Positions 1 through 12,076 of a stretch of 64,000 nucleotides of DNA are shown here, piece by piece. Source of the DNA: Macrostomum lignano (lineage: Eukaryota); NCBI GenBank assembly GCA_002269645.1, contig NIVC01002933.1, positions 62,001 to 126,000 on the forward strand, read 5' to 3'. Numbering within the stretch: the stretch's first letter is position 1; each line of letters begins with the position of its first letter. The translations under genes and the position numbers were made by a program. Under the pieces are notes generated by a model, which was not told the DNA's origin, made no database searches, and saw only the letters and a program-made list of their open reading frames with translations.

Positions 1-28
1 AAAAACTGCATGCCAAACTGTCACCCAC

Positions 29-1072
29 CGAATAAAGCAGCTGATCAGCAGCCACTGGGGCACTGGTGATGAAGTCCTCGGCTGATCTGACTAAATAGCG
101 ATGGGACCGCTGCGGACTCTCAGCAGCTGATGGTTCTAGAATCAATGTAGCAGTGTCAGCGACTGGATACGTATTATCAAAAGTCAAAATCGATTAACAG
201 ATTCCTAAAGCAGATAGTTCTTTACTCACAATAGAAAACTCACCATAAGATGGAAGTATGGAGAAATGAAAAACAATGAACTGCATAAACAAGTCCATGA
301 GCTCAAGGTGAGAGTCCATGCTCTCCCTGTAGTGCTTCTCGAGATCGGACCTGCGCACCATCGCCCTGCAGCCCAGGTGAGAGTACTTGCACTCTACCGG
401 TCTCTCGGGACACTCCGACAGGTGAGCAACATATCCCCGCCTGTCCATCGGTGTGCTCCGCTCCGAGCAGTGAGGACAGCGAGCTGAGAATCTCGGACAG
501 CACACATCGGACTGCAGATTCCTGTGACTGGTCTCCATCTCGCTGTGTGTGACCAGCTGAGAGCACAGGTCGCAGGTCTCCTTCCTGTGGCGACACTCGC
601 TGCTGGTGTGTCGCTGCATGTCCTTCTTCAGAATGAGCTCTTTGCACTGCTCACAGCGGAGTGAGTGCCAGTCGCAGCTCTGTTGCACATGCTGGTCCAT
701 GCGAGCCCATTCGAGTTGGACAGAGCAGCCGGCGTCGCAGTTCGGACAGCGGACTCGCAGCTTGGCGACCTCGCGTCTCGTCGCCATGTCGGGAAAGCAG
801 GTAGCCTGGCTCACCTCGATCTCGACCTCGCCGCCGGGGTCCTCCTCTGAGTGGTGATCTCTGAGTGTGCAGGCCTCGGTGTGTCCGGGACAGGGCCGCT
901 TCTCCACCTCGTGCAGCAGGCCGGTGACGCAGGCCTGGCACAGGCGGCACCCGTGCGGAGTCTGTCGGGCGTTGAAGAGCGGCTTGGAGCAGCTGCTGCA
1001 CTGCAGGTGGATCGGCACAGCGGACACCGGCCGGGCGGCCGACACTCTTTCGGGAAGTTCCAACTGGGACAT
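29..1072 (-). CDS. TRAF-like copy 1: RING + TRAF zinc fingers. Exon 1 1072-244, predicted exon 2 162-29; gene continues off the left edge
   Basis: CSSC..QTPHGCRLCQAC RING, FPDMATRREVAKLRVRCPN (cf. TRAF6 FPDNFAKREILSL) and Cys/His TRAF fingers. Shared sequence stops after ELMD (~292). Phase-1 donor G|GTGAGT at 244/243 and acceptor TATCCAG at 163 give an open frame VADTATLILEPS... Confidence 0.8.
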
Positions 1073-2600
1073 CTCTGACTGAGAGAGCTTTTTTATGATA
1101 AAATATATAAACCTCAATGATATGGTATTGCTGAACAAAATTTTGTCAGCTTCGACGCTCAAAAAGTTATCTGATGTTGCTTTGAAGTCCTTTTTATTTA
1201 TATAAGCGTAGTTTTTATGTCCGAAGCAAGCTATGAATCACTCCGTGTGTGGATAGGGTTGGATTCTCGTTTTTCGATCGCGTTGGAGTAATAGAAGCCA
1301 ATAGAGATTTAGTATATTTGGATAGTACGCTCGTATATAGGATTAAGAGTGACCCTGAGCCAGGATTCCCCTGTTCTATTTTTAGACTTGAACGACGCAG
1401 CTCAACTGAACGACGAAGTGCATTTGGAATTGTGTCAGTAAAAGAAAACACTCTTTTGCGGTATGATTTTTTATAAGTTTCTATGCTTCGTTGCTCCTTT
1501 ATTAAAAACAGATTTTAATCGCTTTCGTGTTCAATTCGATAGGAATGCGTGTTCGTGTATCGCAGGCTCGAATCCATTACTCATGCTGGGCTGTTCGCAG
1601 TACAACCGGCTACTTTTGAGGCAAATTGAATTAAAGTACTCGTTTCTGCCTCAGCCAAACAAACTTCCGCTGTTATTAGGGCCATAATCGTAATTTCCAC
1701 GCTCGTATTTATACCTAGTTTAAAGAAGAGTTCCAAAGTTTTTGTCGATAGTCAAATAAGATTTTACATAGTCAGTAGCATAGTCAGAAGTACCTTAATG
1801 ACGCGCTATTTCGGGGAACTGCGTGGGGTTCTATTTCTGTGCAAACCATGAGCCAGGTTGTTTTTAATATTCTGCCTTAAGGACATTTAGTCTGTCTGCC
1901 TATTATGAATTGGGGAAACGCCCCGACTTTCGCATACAGAGCTTGCATGAGAAAAATAGCAGCTCTCATTGGGTTGCTCAAATCAGAAAGTCGTGTAAGA
2001 AACCAACGCTTAAAAATTTTAAATCTAAGTTTTTTTCAGCAGAATCACTTGGCAGTTTTACTATTTAATATAGCGGCTTTTGCTTTGTGCTTTGCCTAAA
2101 TTTCAGCTCAATTAGACATTAACGTTTTCTCATTTGGTCAGAGCACCACATCTCGTACTCGTACTTACAACAGAAATGTTAAAACAAAAAAGCCATCAGC
2201 GAATGTGATAACAAGTTCTAGATGGCATGGTTGCACCAACATGAAACAAGGTACTACTCGTAGCTTCGAGTGTCAGAAGTGTATGCTCCGAAAATAAAAC
2301 GCAGTTGAACGTTACTTTAGAGATCTCCTGCTGCAAATTTAGAACCCACGTCTTCCATAAAAATAATAGCTAGTACCATTATGTACGAGTATGTTGTATA
2401 AGTATCAGTGTACTGAAGTGCATGACTCAGACCACCTGCAAAGTATTCTGAACAGACAACACTTGAGCCGGCCAAAATTAAACATGACGTTGGGACTAAT
2501 CCTGAACAACTCACAAAGAAGCAGTCGGTCGTTATATAGCGGTTTCTAGCCGTTCTTCACGGTAAAAAAACTATGAAGTCTGCATAGAAACATTTCTAAG

Positions 2601-2843
2601 AAAGATTTACAGAGCCACTCCCAGGTAGAAGGATTTGCAGACCCACTTCCAGGTAGAAGGATTTGCAGACCCACTCCCAGGTAGAAGGATTTGCAGACCC
2701 ACTCCCAGGTAGAAGGATTTGCAGACCCACTTCCAGGTAGAAGGATTTGCAGACCCACTCCCAGGTAGAAGGATTTGCAGACCCACTCCCAGGTAGAAGG
2801 ATTTGCAGACCCACTCCCAGGTAGAAGGATTTGCAGACCCCAC
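2601..2843. repeat. 28-bp minisatellite (GCAGACCCACTCCCAGGTAGAAGGATTT), ~8.5 copies
   Basis: Tandem units read directly; explains the 28-aa periodic spurious ORFs. Confidence 0.95.
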
Positions 2844-3457
2844 TCACCAATTGATTCGCAAAATTCGAAAATGACAAATGAATCTACAGAAAACTTTAGG
2901 CAATATCTTTACAACTAAAAGTTTGGTTTCAATTAAAACTAATTCTTAAAACTAACAACTAAAAGTAAAAAGTTTGGTTTTAAAACTAAAATCTTAAAAC
3001 TAAAAATTTGGTTTCAATTAAAAAAACCGATTTGAGGACAAAAATGCACTTCAAAATAAAAATTTGTATGGTAATAATGACACTCGTGCGTTTTCTATTC
3101 AAGGTGAATTTTCTCTGTAAGGTCCCTCAATTCTCCTACAATGGCCATAAAAAGCTCATCGTCATAGCACTGCTAGACACCTGGAGCGAACAAAAAGACA
3201 TTAAATGAATTGCATGTCACTCTTCAATGCCCGGTACGGGTGCCACTTGTGCCAAACCTGCGCCACCAACCTGCCGCGCTCCTCGCAGTCATTCATTGTT
3301 GTTTGCTAAAAATTCGCTATTGTGCATTTCTGACCGAACAAAATAGCAACTACATGTACATTGTGAAATGAAAGCAAATATATATCTGAGCCCATTGGCT
3401 TTGCTTCAAGTTCCTTCTCAAGATTTTCGAATTAAATTCTCTGCATCAAATTCAGAC

Positions 3458-4677
3458 ATGTCTGAGCTTCCTTCGAGTGTGGCCGCAGCGAGGCCGGTCT
3501 CTGAAGTGCCGGCTCACCTGCAGTGCAGCAGCTGCTCAAAGCCGCTCTTCAACGCCCGACAGACTCCGCACGGGTGCCGCCTGTGCCACGCCTGCGTCAC
3601 CGGCCTGCTGCACGAGGTGGAGAAGCGGCCCTGTCCCGGAAACACCGAGGCCTGCACACTCAGAGACCACCACTCGGAGGAGGACGTCGGCGACGGCGAC
3701 GGCGGCGGCGAGGTCGAGGTGAGCCAGGCTATCTGCTTTCCCGACATGGCGACGAGACGCGAGGTCGCCAAGCTGCGAGTCCGCTGTCCGAACTGCGACG
3801 CCGGCTGCTCTGTCCAACTCGAATGGGCTCGCATGGACCAGCATGTGCAACAGAGCTGCGACTGGCACTCACTCCGCTGTGAGCAGTGCAAAGAGCTCAT
3901 CCTGAAGAAGGACATGCAGCGACACACCAGCAGCGAGTGTCGCCACAGGAAGGAGACCTGCGACCTGTGCTCTCAGCTGGTCACACACAGCGAGATGGAG
4001 ACCAGTCACAGGAATCTGCAGTCCGATGTGTGCTGTCCGAGATTCTCAGCTCGCTGTCCTCACTGCTCGGAGCGGAGCACACCGATGGACAGGCGGGGAT
4101 ATGTTGCTCACCTGTCGGAGTGTCCCGAGAGACCGGTAGAGTGCAAGTACTCTCACCTGGGCTGCAGGGCGATGGTGCGCAGGTCCGATGTGGAGAGGCA
4201 CTACATGGACAGCGTGGACTCTCACCTTGAGCTCATGGACTCGAGGCTCTGACAGGCCGTGATAGCTCAGCGGAGTACAGGTAAAATAGAACTTTTTTAT
4301 AATAAAAAATATTTTAGACTTTCATTACAACAGCCCCAAGGTGTGTCGCTGAGTTCAAGTGAGTCTTTGTTGCAGAAGATGGGGCAGGCCGACTTCCCTA
4401 ATGTTTTTTATACTGAGATTTTATAATGCGGAAAAGTTTTTTAATCATTTGTCAGCGTCTGTGAGGACTGTAGCGGCTTTCCAGAGTCTTGAACAATTTC
4501 AAAATTGCCCACGTGGCGCCAGGATCGAGTCACATGCCGAACAGCTAGTAATTCTTGTGAGCCTTCAAATTTTTATGTTCTAGTGAGTTGTTAAACGCTT
4601 CTAAAAAGTAGAGAGGCATTACCATTTTTCAGCTACTCGAACAGCGGAACTCTGAGCCAGTGGATTCTGCTGCCTGA
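3458..4677 (+). pseudogene. TRAF-like copy 2 with in-frame TGA at 4250-4252. Exon 1 3458-4280, predicted mini-exons 4456-4547 and 4633-4677
   Basis: Same RING/ZF exon. CTC TGA CAG replaces CTC AAG CAG of paralogues just before the phase-1 donor at 4281. Downstream AG/GT-bounded exons stay in frame (ASVRTVAAFQSLEQF...EQL / LLEQRNSEPVDSAA*). Could still yield a 264-aa RING-ZF-only protein. Confidence 0.7.
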
Positions 4678-5271
4678 ACTTGGTGACCGATTTGGCCAGC
4701 TTATCTAGTTACTTTGAGCCTTTCTGTCGTTAATACAATGATATTATTACTCGTGCTTCCTAATATTAAGCCTATTACGAGCTGCGATGGTTGTAAAATC
4801 GCCAAATCAAGCGTTCGAATTTTTGCTGTTTCTGCATGCTGATTGATTTATGTCTCAGTTGTTGTGAAATTTATCCAATATTCTTCGCTCTGAAAGCATC
4901 ACCAAAAGTACACAGAATTCGGGTACAGGTCATCACAACACATGACTATAACGAGGAACGACTTGTTCGGTACTGCCTTGTAGCCTTCCTGTATTTCTTT
5001 ACTAGAATGAAATGTTGACTCACCACTGCTAAAATTATAACTTTCCACAGTACTTAATGCAGTTCCGTTCTACATGGAAAAGCTACAAGGTACTACAGCT
5101 GCACTTTATTAAAAGCCTATGCACTTTAAATAGTACGCACTAAAAGTTAAAACTTTTCGTCTGACAAGTTTCATTGGTATCGAGGAAAACTTCTGCGATT
5201 TGGCTGGACTCGAGGACGATTCAATGGTTCATCAGTGTAACTAAAAACGGTTTGCTTCGAGCGCTTTTATG

Positions 5272-6112
5272 CAGTGTTGGGCAAGTTACTCAAAAAAAGT
5301 AACTTGCGTTACTGTAACTTAAGTTACCAATTTTTAAAAAGTAACTTACGTTAGCCTAGTAACTTTAGACAAAAACCTGGTAACTTTTAAGTTACTGTCC
5401 GTTACTCACTTCCGTTACCCATGTTATTAACAAAATTTTCTGCTTTTTTCACATTGCACATTTTTTCACATTGTTGTTACCGAAATTTGCCATTGGGCAT
5501 TGGGATTAACCGATTAACAGACAGAGACAGGAATTGACGACACGATGTGAGGCAAGTAGAAGGACCAATGGGCAATGGCAATCAATAATTAAAATTATAA
5601 ATGATAAATTAAACGAATATCAATAATTCAATAGAGTAAAATAAATAGAACTGTATAAAATGGTGTAGTGTATACTGCAGTGCCAGTGGAGGGACTTGTG
5701 GAGGCTACAGATGAATTTCTTTCTTTGGTTGTTTGTTTGAATCAAACTTAAAAATTTTTAGTAACGAAAATGAAGGCGAAAATATTTTACCGAAATTAAC
5801 AAAGTAAAACATGTTTCAAGTATTTCTTCATTAATTAAGCGCAATACCATATGATACTATTCACTTAATTTTGAATTTAGGAATGAAAAATGCAAAAACA
5901 TGTGACAACCGGCGTACTAGCTAAGCATTTCAGTTTTAAATTTAAATATTGCGATTGTTGCAAAGTACTCTGTAACGGACTTCTGAAATTTGAGTAACTT
6001 ACCGTTACTCCGTTACTAAAATAAAAAAGTAACTTGCGTAAGGAACGCTTTACGAAAAAGTAACTTGCGTTACCATTTGCAAGTTACTCGGTAACGGAAG
6101 TGCCCAACACTG
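5272..6112. mobile_element. Non-autonomous hAT-type DNA transposon (MITE), 841 bp
   Basis: TIRs CAGTGTTGGGCA...TGCCCAACACTG, subterminal GTAAC/GTTAC motifs, perfect 8-bp TSD CTTTTATG (5264-5271 and 6113-6120). The paralogous site at ~8344 is empty. Confidence 0.92.
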
Positions 6113-6780
6113 CTTTTATGATTAATTAAAATCGACATCGAAAATTCACTTCTACTCTCAGCTCCTCAACGGGCCGTTCCCGATAAAAACTGTACCAAGG
6201 CTAAGAAGCGTCCCAGAGTCACGCCCCAAAGTTGTTTCAGAGCCGTTGCAGGTAACACAGGTAAAATAGGAAAGAGGTGACTCTAAATGACTCTAAAACG
6301 GTGAGATGTCACTGTCAAACTTCGCCGAAAAGTCATCAAAGAGTCACTTAAGGCTCAATCTGATGTGTTTGATTGTCTGCGACCCTGAAATGCCTTTAGT
6401 GTGTGATGGAAGTGACTCTGTGGCGCTTTTATACTGACTCTGGGGCCGGCGCGTCTGCGTTACATTTTGCGTTTATAAAAAAACTCTGTTTAGTCTACTT
6501 GAGTTAGTAATAAGTTACGTGAATACGACTCTTGGACAACTTTTGCGCGACTCATATGATTATACAACTCACTTGATGCGCTCGAGACTCAAGAGTCTCC
6601 TCTAAGCCGCATTGCAGTCGCTTGAGTCGTTACAAGAGTCGCTCCTGAGTTGCTCGAGTAATTTTTGCTACAACTCCTGCTAAACGATAGCGATTCTTGT
6701 CCAAGACTTTGACGTTTTCAGCGTGTGTCCAATCGCCAATAAAACAAATCAAAAAGACGGAACCTACTCTTGAAGCTATC

Positions 6781-7078
6781 CTCGGCTGAAGGTGGCAAGT
6801 TTCACGGATGCAGCAACTGCCACTGGGCGGTCTGACGACTCGGACTCACGAACTGGCTGCATGTTGAACAAAATGCTGTTGTAACTGAAATTTGACTCAC
6901 CTCCACTACATTCCCAGTTCCGAAAAGCTAACACAGTGTACTTGCTAAGCTAACACAGTGTACTTGCTAAGCTAACTCAGTGTACATGCTAAGCTAACTC
7001 AGTGTACATGCTAAGCTAACTCAGTGTACATGCTAAGCTAACTCAGTGTACATGCTAAGCTAACTCAGTGTACATGCT
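6781..7078 (-). pseudogene. Duplicated relic of the WD40 exon 5' end plus its intronic 22-bp minisatellite
   Basis: 6781-6869 aligns to ~10801-10900. The GCTAAGCTAAC(T/A)CAGTGTAC array at 6925-7078 matches 10907-11045. Confidence 0.8.
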
Positions 7079-7493
7079 GTTGCGACTTTCCTAGTCATTT
7101 CTTAGTTCACCTTCACTTGTCTCTGTTTACTCTGTTTTCTCTCTCTCTCTCTCTGTCTAGCTCAATCTTGTTATTCTTATCTCTCTCTCTCCCTTGCTGC
7201 CTTCTGATTGGTTCTCCATTCTCGCCTCTCTATTTAGTCGCGCACTCCACCCCTCTCTTTATTATCTGCAATTCAAACCGCCTAAGTTAATGTCTGGTAT
7301 AAATATACTTGTTTGGGCCCTGCGCCCATTTACTGGCTTATCTTAAATTCAATTTAACTCTAATTTAAATATCTCATAATTCAATCGTTACTAGTATTTT
7401 CTCTACATAATACCTGTTCGGGCGCCATGTAGAGAAAATACTAAGATTTTATAATTCAGAAAAGTTTTCCATTGAACGAGCTACATTCTTCAG

Positions 7494-7688
7494 CGTCGGA
7501 AGCTGCTGTGAGGTTTGCAGCAGCTTTTCAGAGTCTTGAAAAATTTCAACAGCGGCCACGGGACGTCAGGATCGAGTCATCTACCGAACAGCTGGTCATT
7601 TAGTAATTTGCTAAACGAATTCAAAATGATTCTCCCATTTTAGCTACTCGAATTGCGTCATTCTGAGGCAGTCGGTTTTGCGTCCTGA
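7494..7688 (+). pseudogene. Orphan duplicate of the copy-2 C-terminal mini-exons (7494-7594, 7644-7688) with no exon 1
   Basis: ASEAAVRFAAAFQSLEKFQQRPRDVRIESSTEQL / LLELRHSEAVGFAS* aligns with 4456-4677; same splice phases. Confidence 0.65.
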
Positions 7689-9587
7689 ACTTGGTGACCG
7701 ATCTGGCAAGCTTATCGAATTACTTCGAGCTTTTACTTGATACTTTATTACTCATATTTCTTAATATCCTGCCTATCAAAACGCCAAATCAAGCGTTCGA
7801 ACTTTGGAAGTTTTCTTGTATGCTGATGGATCGAGAATTCTTCGCTACAGAAGCATCAACAGAAAGTGCACTGAAGGTCAGAAGTGGCTTGCAGGTCATG
7901 GAAACATAACAATAATGAGAAACGTGACATTTCTAAGGCTTATTCGGTACTACCTTGTAGCCATGCTGCGTTGCACGACAAGAATAAGTTTGTGATTCAG
8001 TGCTATAATTATAACTTCGGACAGCAAATAATGCAGCTCTGTTCTTGAAAATCCTTGAAAAGCTATACAAGGTACTACAGCTGCATCTCAATAACTTACT
8101 TTGCACTTTAAATAGTACACACTAGATGGTAAAACTTTTCGTCTGTCTGACCATTCTTTTGTACGCAGGAAAACTGCTGAACTATTTATTGGCAAGACTA
8201 AAGCGCTTTTCAATGCGCACTTCTGGGATTCACTCTGACTACCCCATATTGACAAGAATCTTCACTAAGCGCTCCTTAAAGCAATTAGGTTGTTTATTTT
8301 CTAGGGGAAATACCAGATGACTAAAAACCGTTTGATTCGAGCACTTTTATGATTAAAATCGATATAGAAATCTTGCTTCTACTCTTAGATCCTCAACGGG
8401 CATTGCAGGTAACACAGGTAAAATAGAAAAGAAGCGACTCTAGTCCCCCTAGACGACTTGTTTAAAGGATGTGTCACTTGATGAATTAGAATCGCATTTC
8501 GAACTTATAACAACTCTATTCAGTCTACTCGAGTTAGTATGAAGCTATGCGTGAATATAACGACTATTAGACAACTTTTTTGCGACTCATACGATTCTAC
8601 GACTTAAAAGTCGCTTCTAAGCCGCATTACAGTCACTTGAGTTGGTAAAACGTCACAAGAGTCGCCCCAGAGCTGCTATAGTAATCTTTGGTATGACTCT
8701 AGCGATTCTTGTCCCGCTACGTAACGTTTTCAATGTGTTTCAACTTGCTAATATAACAAATAACAAAGACAGAACTAACAATTGAAGCTTTTAATTTAGC
8801 AAAAAATCGAAAGATGGAAAACTGAGGCAAGAGCCAGACTATAATTAGAAGTAATAAAACTGGACCTCATCGTTCGACACGCGACTATTTTTTTAATTGC
8901 TTTAAATAGCCCGTGCACACAAAACGCACAAAAATAAAACGATCCATTTGGGGCCGCCATATACGCAAAATTATACGGACGAGATAGAAAAAAAATTTTA
9001 TTGGCAATTTTGTTTGTGCAAAAATCTGACAACCTACTTTAGAATTTCCCATGGAGCTGCATTTATCGGGACACAAATATCAAACCTCGGGAGAGACTTA
9101 TGCACGAGAAACATTATAGAGATCCCTAATGCCTACTGTTCGCTGTAAAATAAATGAAAAATAAAAGAGCTGAGCGTCTCGCGTGTACGCATTCTTTCAA
9201 GTCCGCTAACCCATAAATACAGGCATTCGAATCGGCAACTCACAGTCGAAAGCACAGTTGACCTGATTGAACGGAGAACCACTGGTCCGAAATAATAGCA
9301 AAGTAAACAAAAAGGCAATGTGTACTTTTTCACGCACTAAAAGTACGCAGCGGAGCAATTTCAGATATCGTATGAGTATTCATAAACAATTCTCCCGAGC
9401 TATTTTAAAATCCAACAAGTCAAGCCATTCCGTGAGTGGAAAAATCAATCAAAGACAAGGAGACATGTAAGAAGCAAAATTATGATTTTAAGTAATCACG
9501 AGCTTGTAAAGAAATGGGTAGAATAACTGCAGATGCCTTTGCAATGCATGTTTTACGCTAAGTTTAAAATGCATTGAAAAGTGAATA

Positions 9588-12076
9588 TTACAAGCTTGAA
9601 CCAACTCGCAACTTCAGGCAGAAAACGTTGCCCCGAGCATCTCCGACAAGCAGATGCAGCTGAGCATCGAATGACAGCAGCTTCATCGTAGTAACTTCGC
9701 AGCTGTGCTTGAAGTGCGACACCTGCAAAAATTGCAGGGTTCGAAATATTCTGATAATAAAAAACACAATGCGATAAAAGCTCATGAGGGAGATTTTAAG
9801 CCGCACCTCAGCGAGCTGGTTCAGTGCAGCTCCGGCCTGCATGCGCCAGACGCTGACTTCCCCACCGAGGCCGTGGCGAGGAACGGCAGGACGCCGCTCA
9901 GATCGTCCGTCAGCCGGCAGAGGGCTGTGATTGGCTGCGCGTGGCACTGCGATGGTCGGTGAGAACGGTGCGATGAGATATTTCTTCTGAGGTCAGATTT
10001 TCAAGACGTTGAAATTCTCTGCAGCTGTTCAAAAGGCTTACCAGAAATCTGCTGACCACTGGGCAGAGCTGCATGCTGGAGTCCATTCTGAGCACCGAGA
10101 TCCGCCCGGGTATCCCACAAGGGAATATCAGGCAGGCTTCTCCGGGCAAGTCGCCGGCAGCGAATACCTGCAGCAAGGCCGCAGCTCCGTCCAGCAAGTC
10201 GAGTCGGTCAGAAGCTCGCCAGCCTCCAACAATGGCAGGACCCGCCAACGCGGTGCGCAGCGTCGCCAAGTAAAGCCTGGGGTTGCCGAGCTGCAAGCAG
10301 AGCATGTAGTCCGGCTCCACGATCCGCAGAAGCACCGGCGGCCCAGCCGTCGCATCCAGGTCGCCGGCACCACTTTGGTGCCGAAGGGCGACGAAACTGC
10401 CCTGAGCTGCCACCAAAGCCAAAGTGGAATCTTCAAAGCCTACGACTGCCGCATGATTCTCAGGGATGGGGCAGAGGGCTGTCACGGGCGAGTGGCTGTC
10501 CAGCAGCTCTGCGACTCCAGCATTCAGCATGTCACGCAGAAGCGACTCATGGCCTTGAAGTAGGAGCTGCCCACAGCGGATTCTGACCAGGCCTCTCCGC
10601 TGCTGCCAGCTGAGCAACAGAAGACTACCCGTCGGCGAGTTCAGATGGGTCACGGCGCCCCAAAGCGATGGCGCCAGCATTCGATGCTGCAGACACATGG
10701 AGTCCAGGTGCCACAGCAGCACGGACCCGTCCGCGCCGCCAGTGGCAACAAAAGAAATGTTTCCAAGACGGCAGACTGCGGCGACTCGACTGCTGTGACC
10801 TCGGCTGAAGCCCAGCTCAGCGGGTGGCAAGTTTGAAGGATGCAGCAACTGCACTGGGCGGTCAGACGACTCGGGGTCGCGAACGGGCTGCAAGTTGAAG
10901 GCGAAAAAGCTAACACAGTGTACTTGCTAAGCTAACACACTGCACTTGCTAAGCTAACAAACTACACTTGCTAAGCTAACACAGTGTACTTGCTAAGCTA
11001 ACACAATGTACTGGCTAAGCTACGAACACAGTGTACTTGCAAGTCTTACAACATGCACTTGTTCGGCTCCACCACAAGGAAGACGAAAATGTTGCGTCGC
11101 AATCGACCCGCCGGTTGCAATAAAATTCGCTGAAGGCGCTGCTGGATCCTGGACAGGCTCCTGCGGCGAATCAGTCAGCCTTTCGTCAAACAAAATTCTG
11201 CTGCTGTCCGTGGCGGAGTCACGCGCTGGTCGGCTCCCAGAGTTGCCTGAGAATCCGTGAAGTTGAATAGTTTGCTACTTTTCAGAAAATTGAAGCCAGA
11301 AACACACATGACATAAATTTGTATTTAAAAATGTTTCACTTACCAATAGCTCGCTGCAGCCGTTGAGAAGAGGCAATTTGGCGCTGAGGTGCGATCGAAG
11401 CGCCACGAGGTCTCTCGGGACACTCCGACAGGTGAGCAACATATCCCCGCCTGTCCATCGGTGTGCTCCGCTCCGAGCAGTGAGGACAGCGAGCTGAGAA
11501 TCTCGGACAGCACACATCGGACTGCAGATTCCTGTGACTGGTCTCCATCTCGCTGTGTGTGACCAGCTGAGAGCACAGGTCGCAGGTCTCCTTCCTGTGG
11601 CGACACTCGCTGCTGGTGTGTCGCTGCATGTCCTTCTTCAGGATGAGCTCTTTGCACTGCTCACAGCGGAGTGAGTGCCAGTCGCAGCTATGTTGCACAT
11701 GCTGGTCCATGCGAGCCCATTCGAGTTGGACAGAGCAGCCGGCGTCGCAGTTCGGACAGCGGACTCGCAGCTTGGCGACCTCGCGTCTCGTCGCCATGTC
11801 GGGAAAGCAGGTAGCCCGGCTCACCTCGACCTCGACCTCGCCGCTAGCGTCCTCCTCCGAGTGGTGATCTCTGAGTGTGCAGGCCTCGGTGTGTCCGGGA
11901 CAGGGCCGCTTCTCCACCTCGTGCAGCAGGCCGGTGACGCAGGCCTGGCACAGGCGGCACCCGTGCAGAGTCTGTTGGGCGTTGAAGAGCGGCTTTGAGC
12001 AGCTGCTGCACTGCAGGTGAGCCGGCAGATCGGAGACCGGCCGTGCGGCCGTCACACTCGAAGGCAGCTCGGACAT
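9588..12076 (-). CDS. TRAF-like copy 3 fused to WD40 repeats (chimera A). Exons 12076-11344, 11246-11050, 10887-10042, 9946-9807, 9722-9588; 1-nt frameshift at ~9860
   Basis: All introns GT-AG with compatible phases (1,0,0,0). WD40 motifs SRGHSSRVAAV..VATGGADGSVLLWH, CHAQPITAL..LATAS and LLVGDARGNV. Exon 4 is 140 nt, one base short in a C4/G4 run. Confidence 0.75.
10907..11045. repeat. 22-bp intronic minisatellite (GCTAAGCTAACACAGTGTACTT)
   Basis: Tandem units read directly. Confidence 0.9.

Larger units (their letters stand above)
4400..8790 (+). repeat. Diverged tandem segmental duplication, ~4400-6770 vs ~7440-8790
   Basis: Collinear shared blocks: GCCAAATCAAGCGTTCGAA (4801/7783), CAAGGTACTACAGCTGCA (~5087/~8068), TTGCAGGTAACACAGGTAAAATAG (~6246/~8403). 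Confidence 0.85.

Noticed and set aside
266-1082. Many overlapping alternative-frame and antisense ORFs repeated at every TRAF copy (MQRAHPEEGH..., MCRCMSFFRM..., MPVAALLH...)
   Set aside because: Shadow ORFs of a GC-rich exon. They recur only because the exon is duplicated, and they lack motifs.
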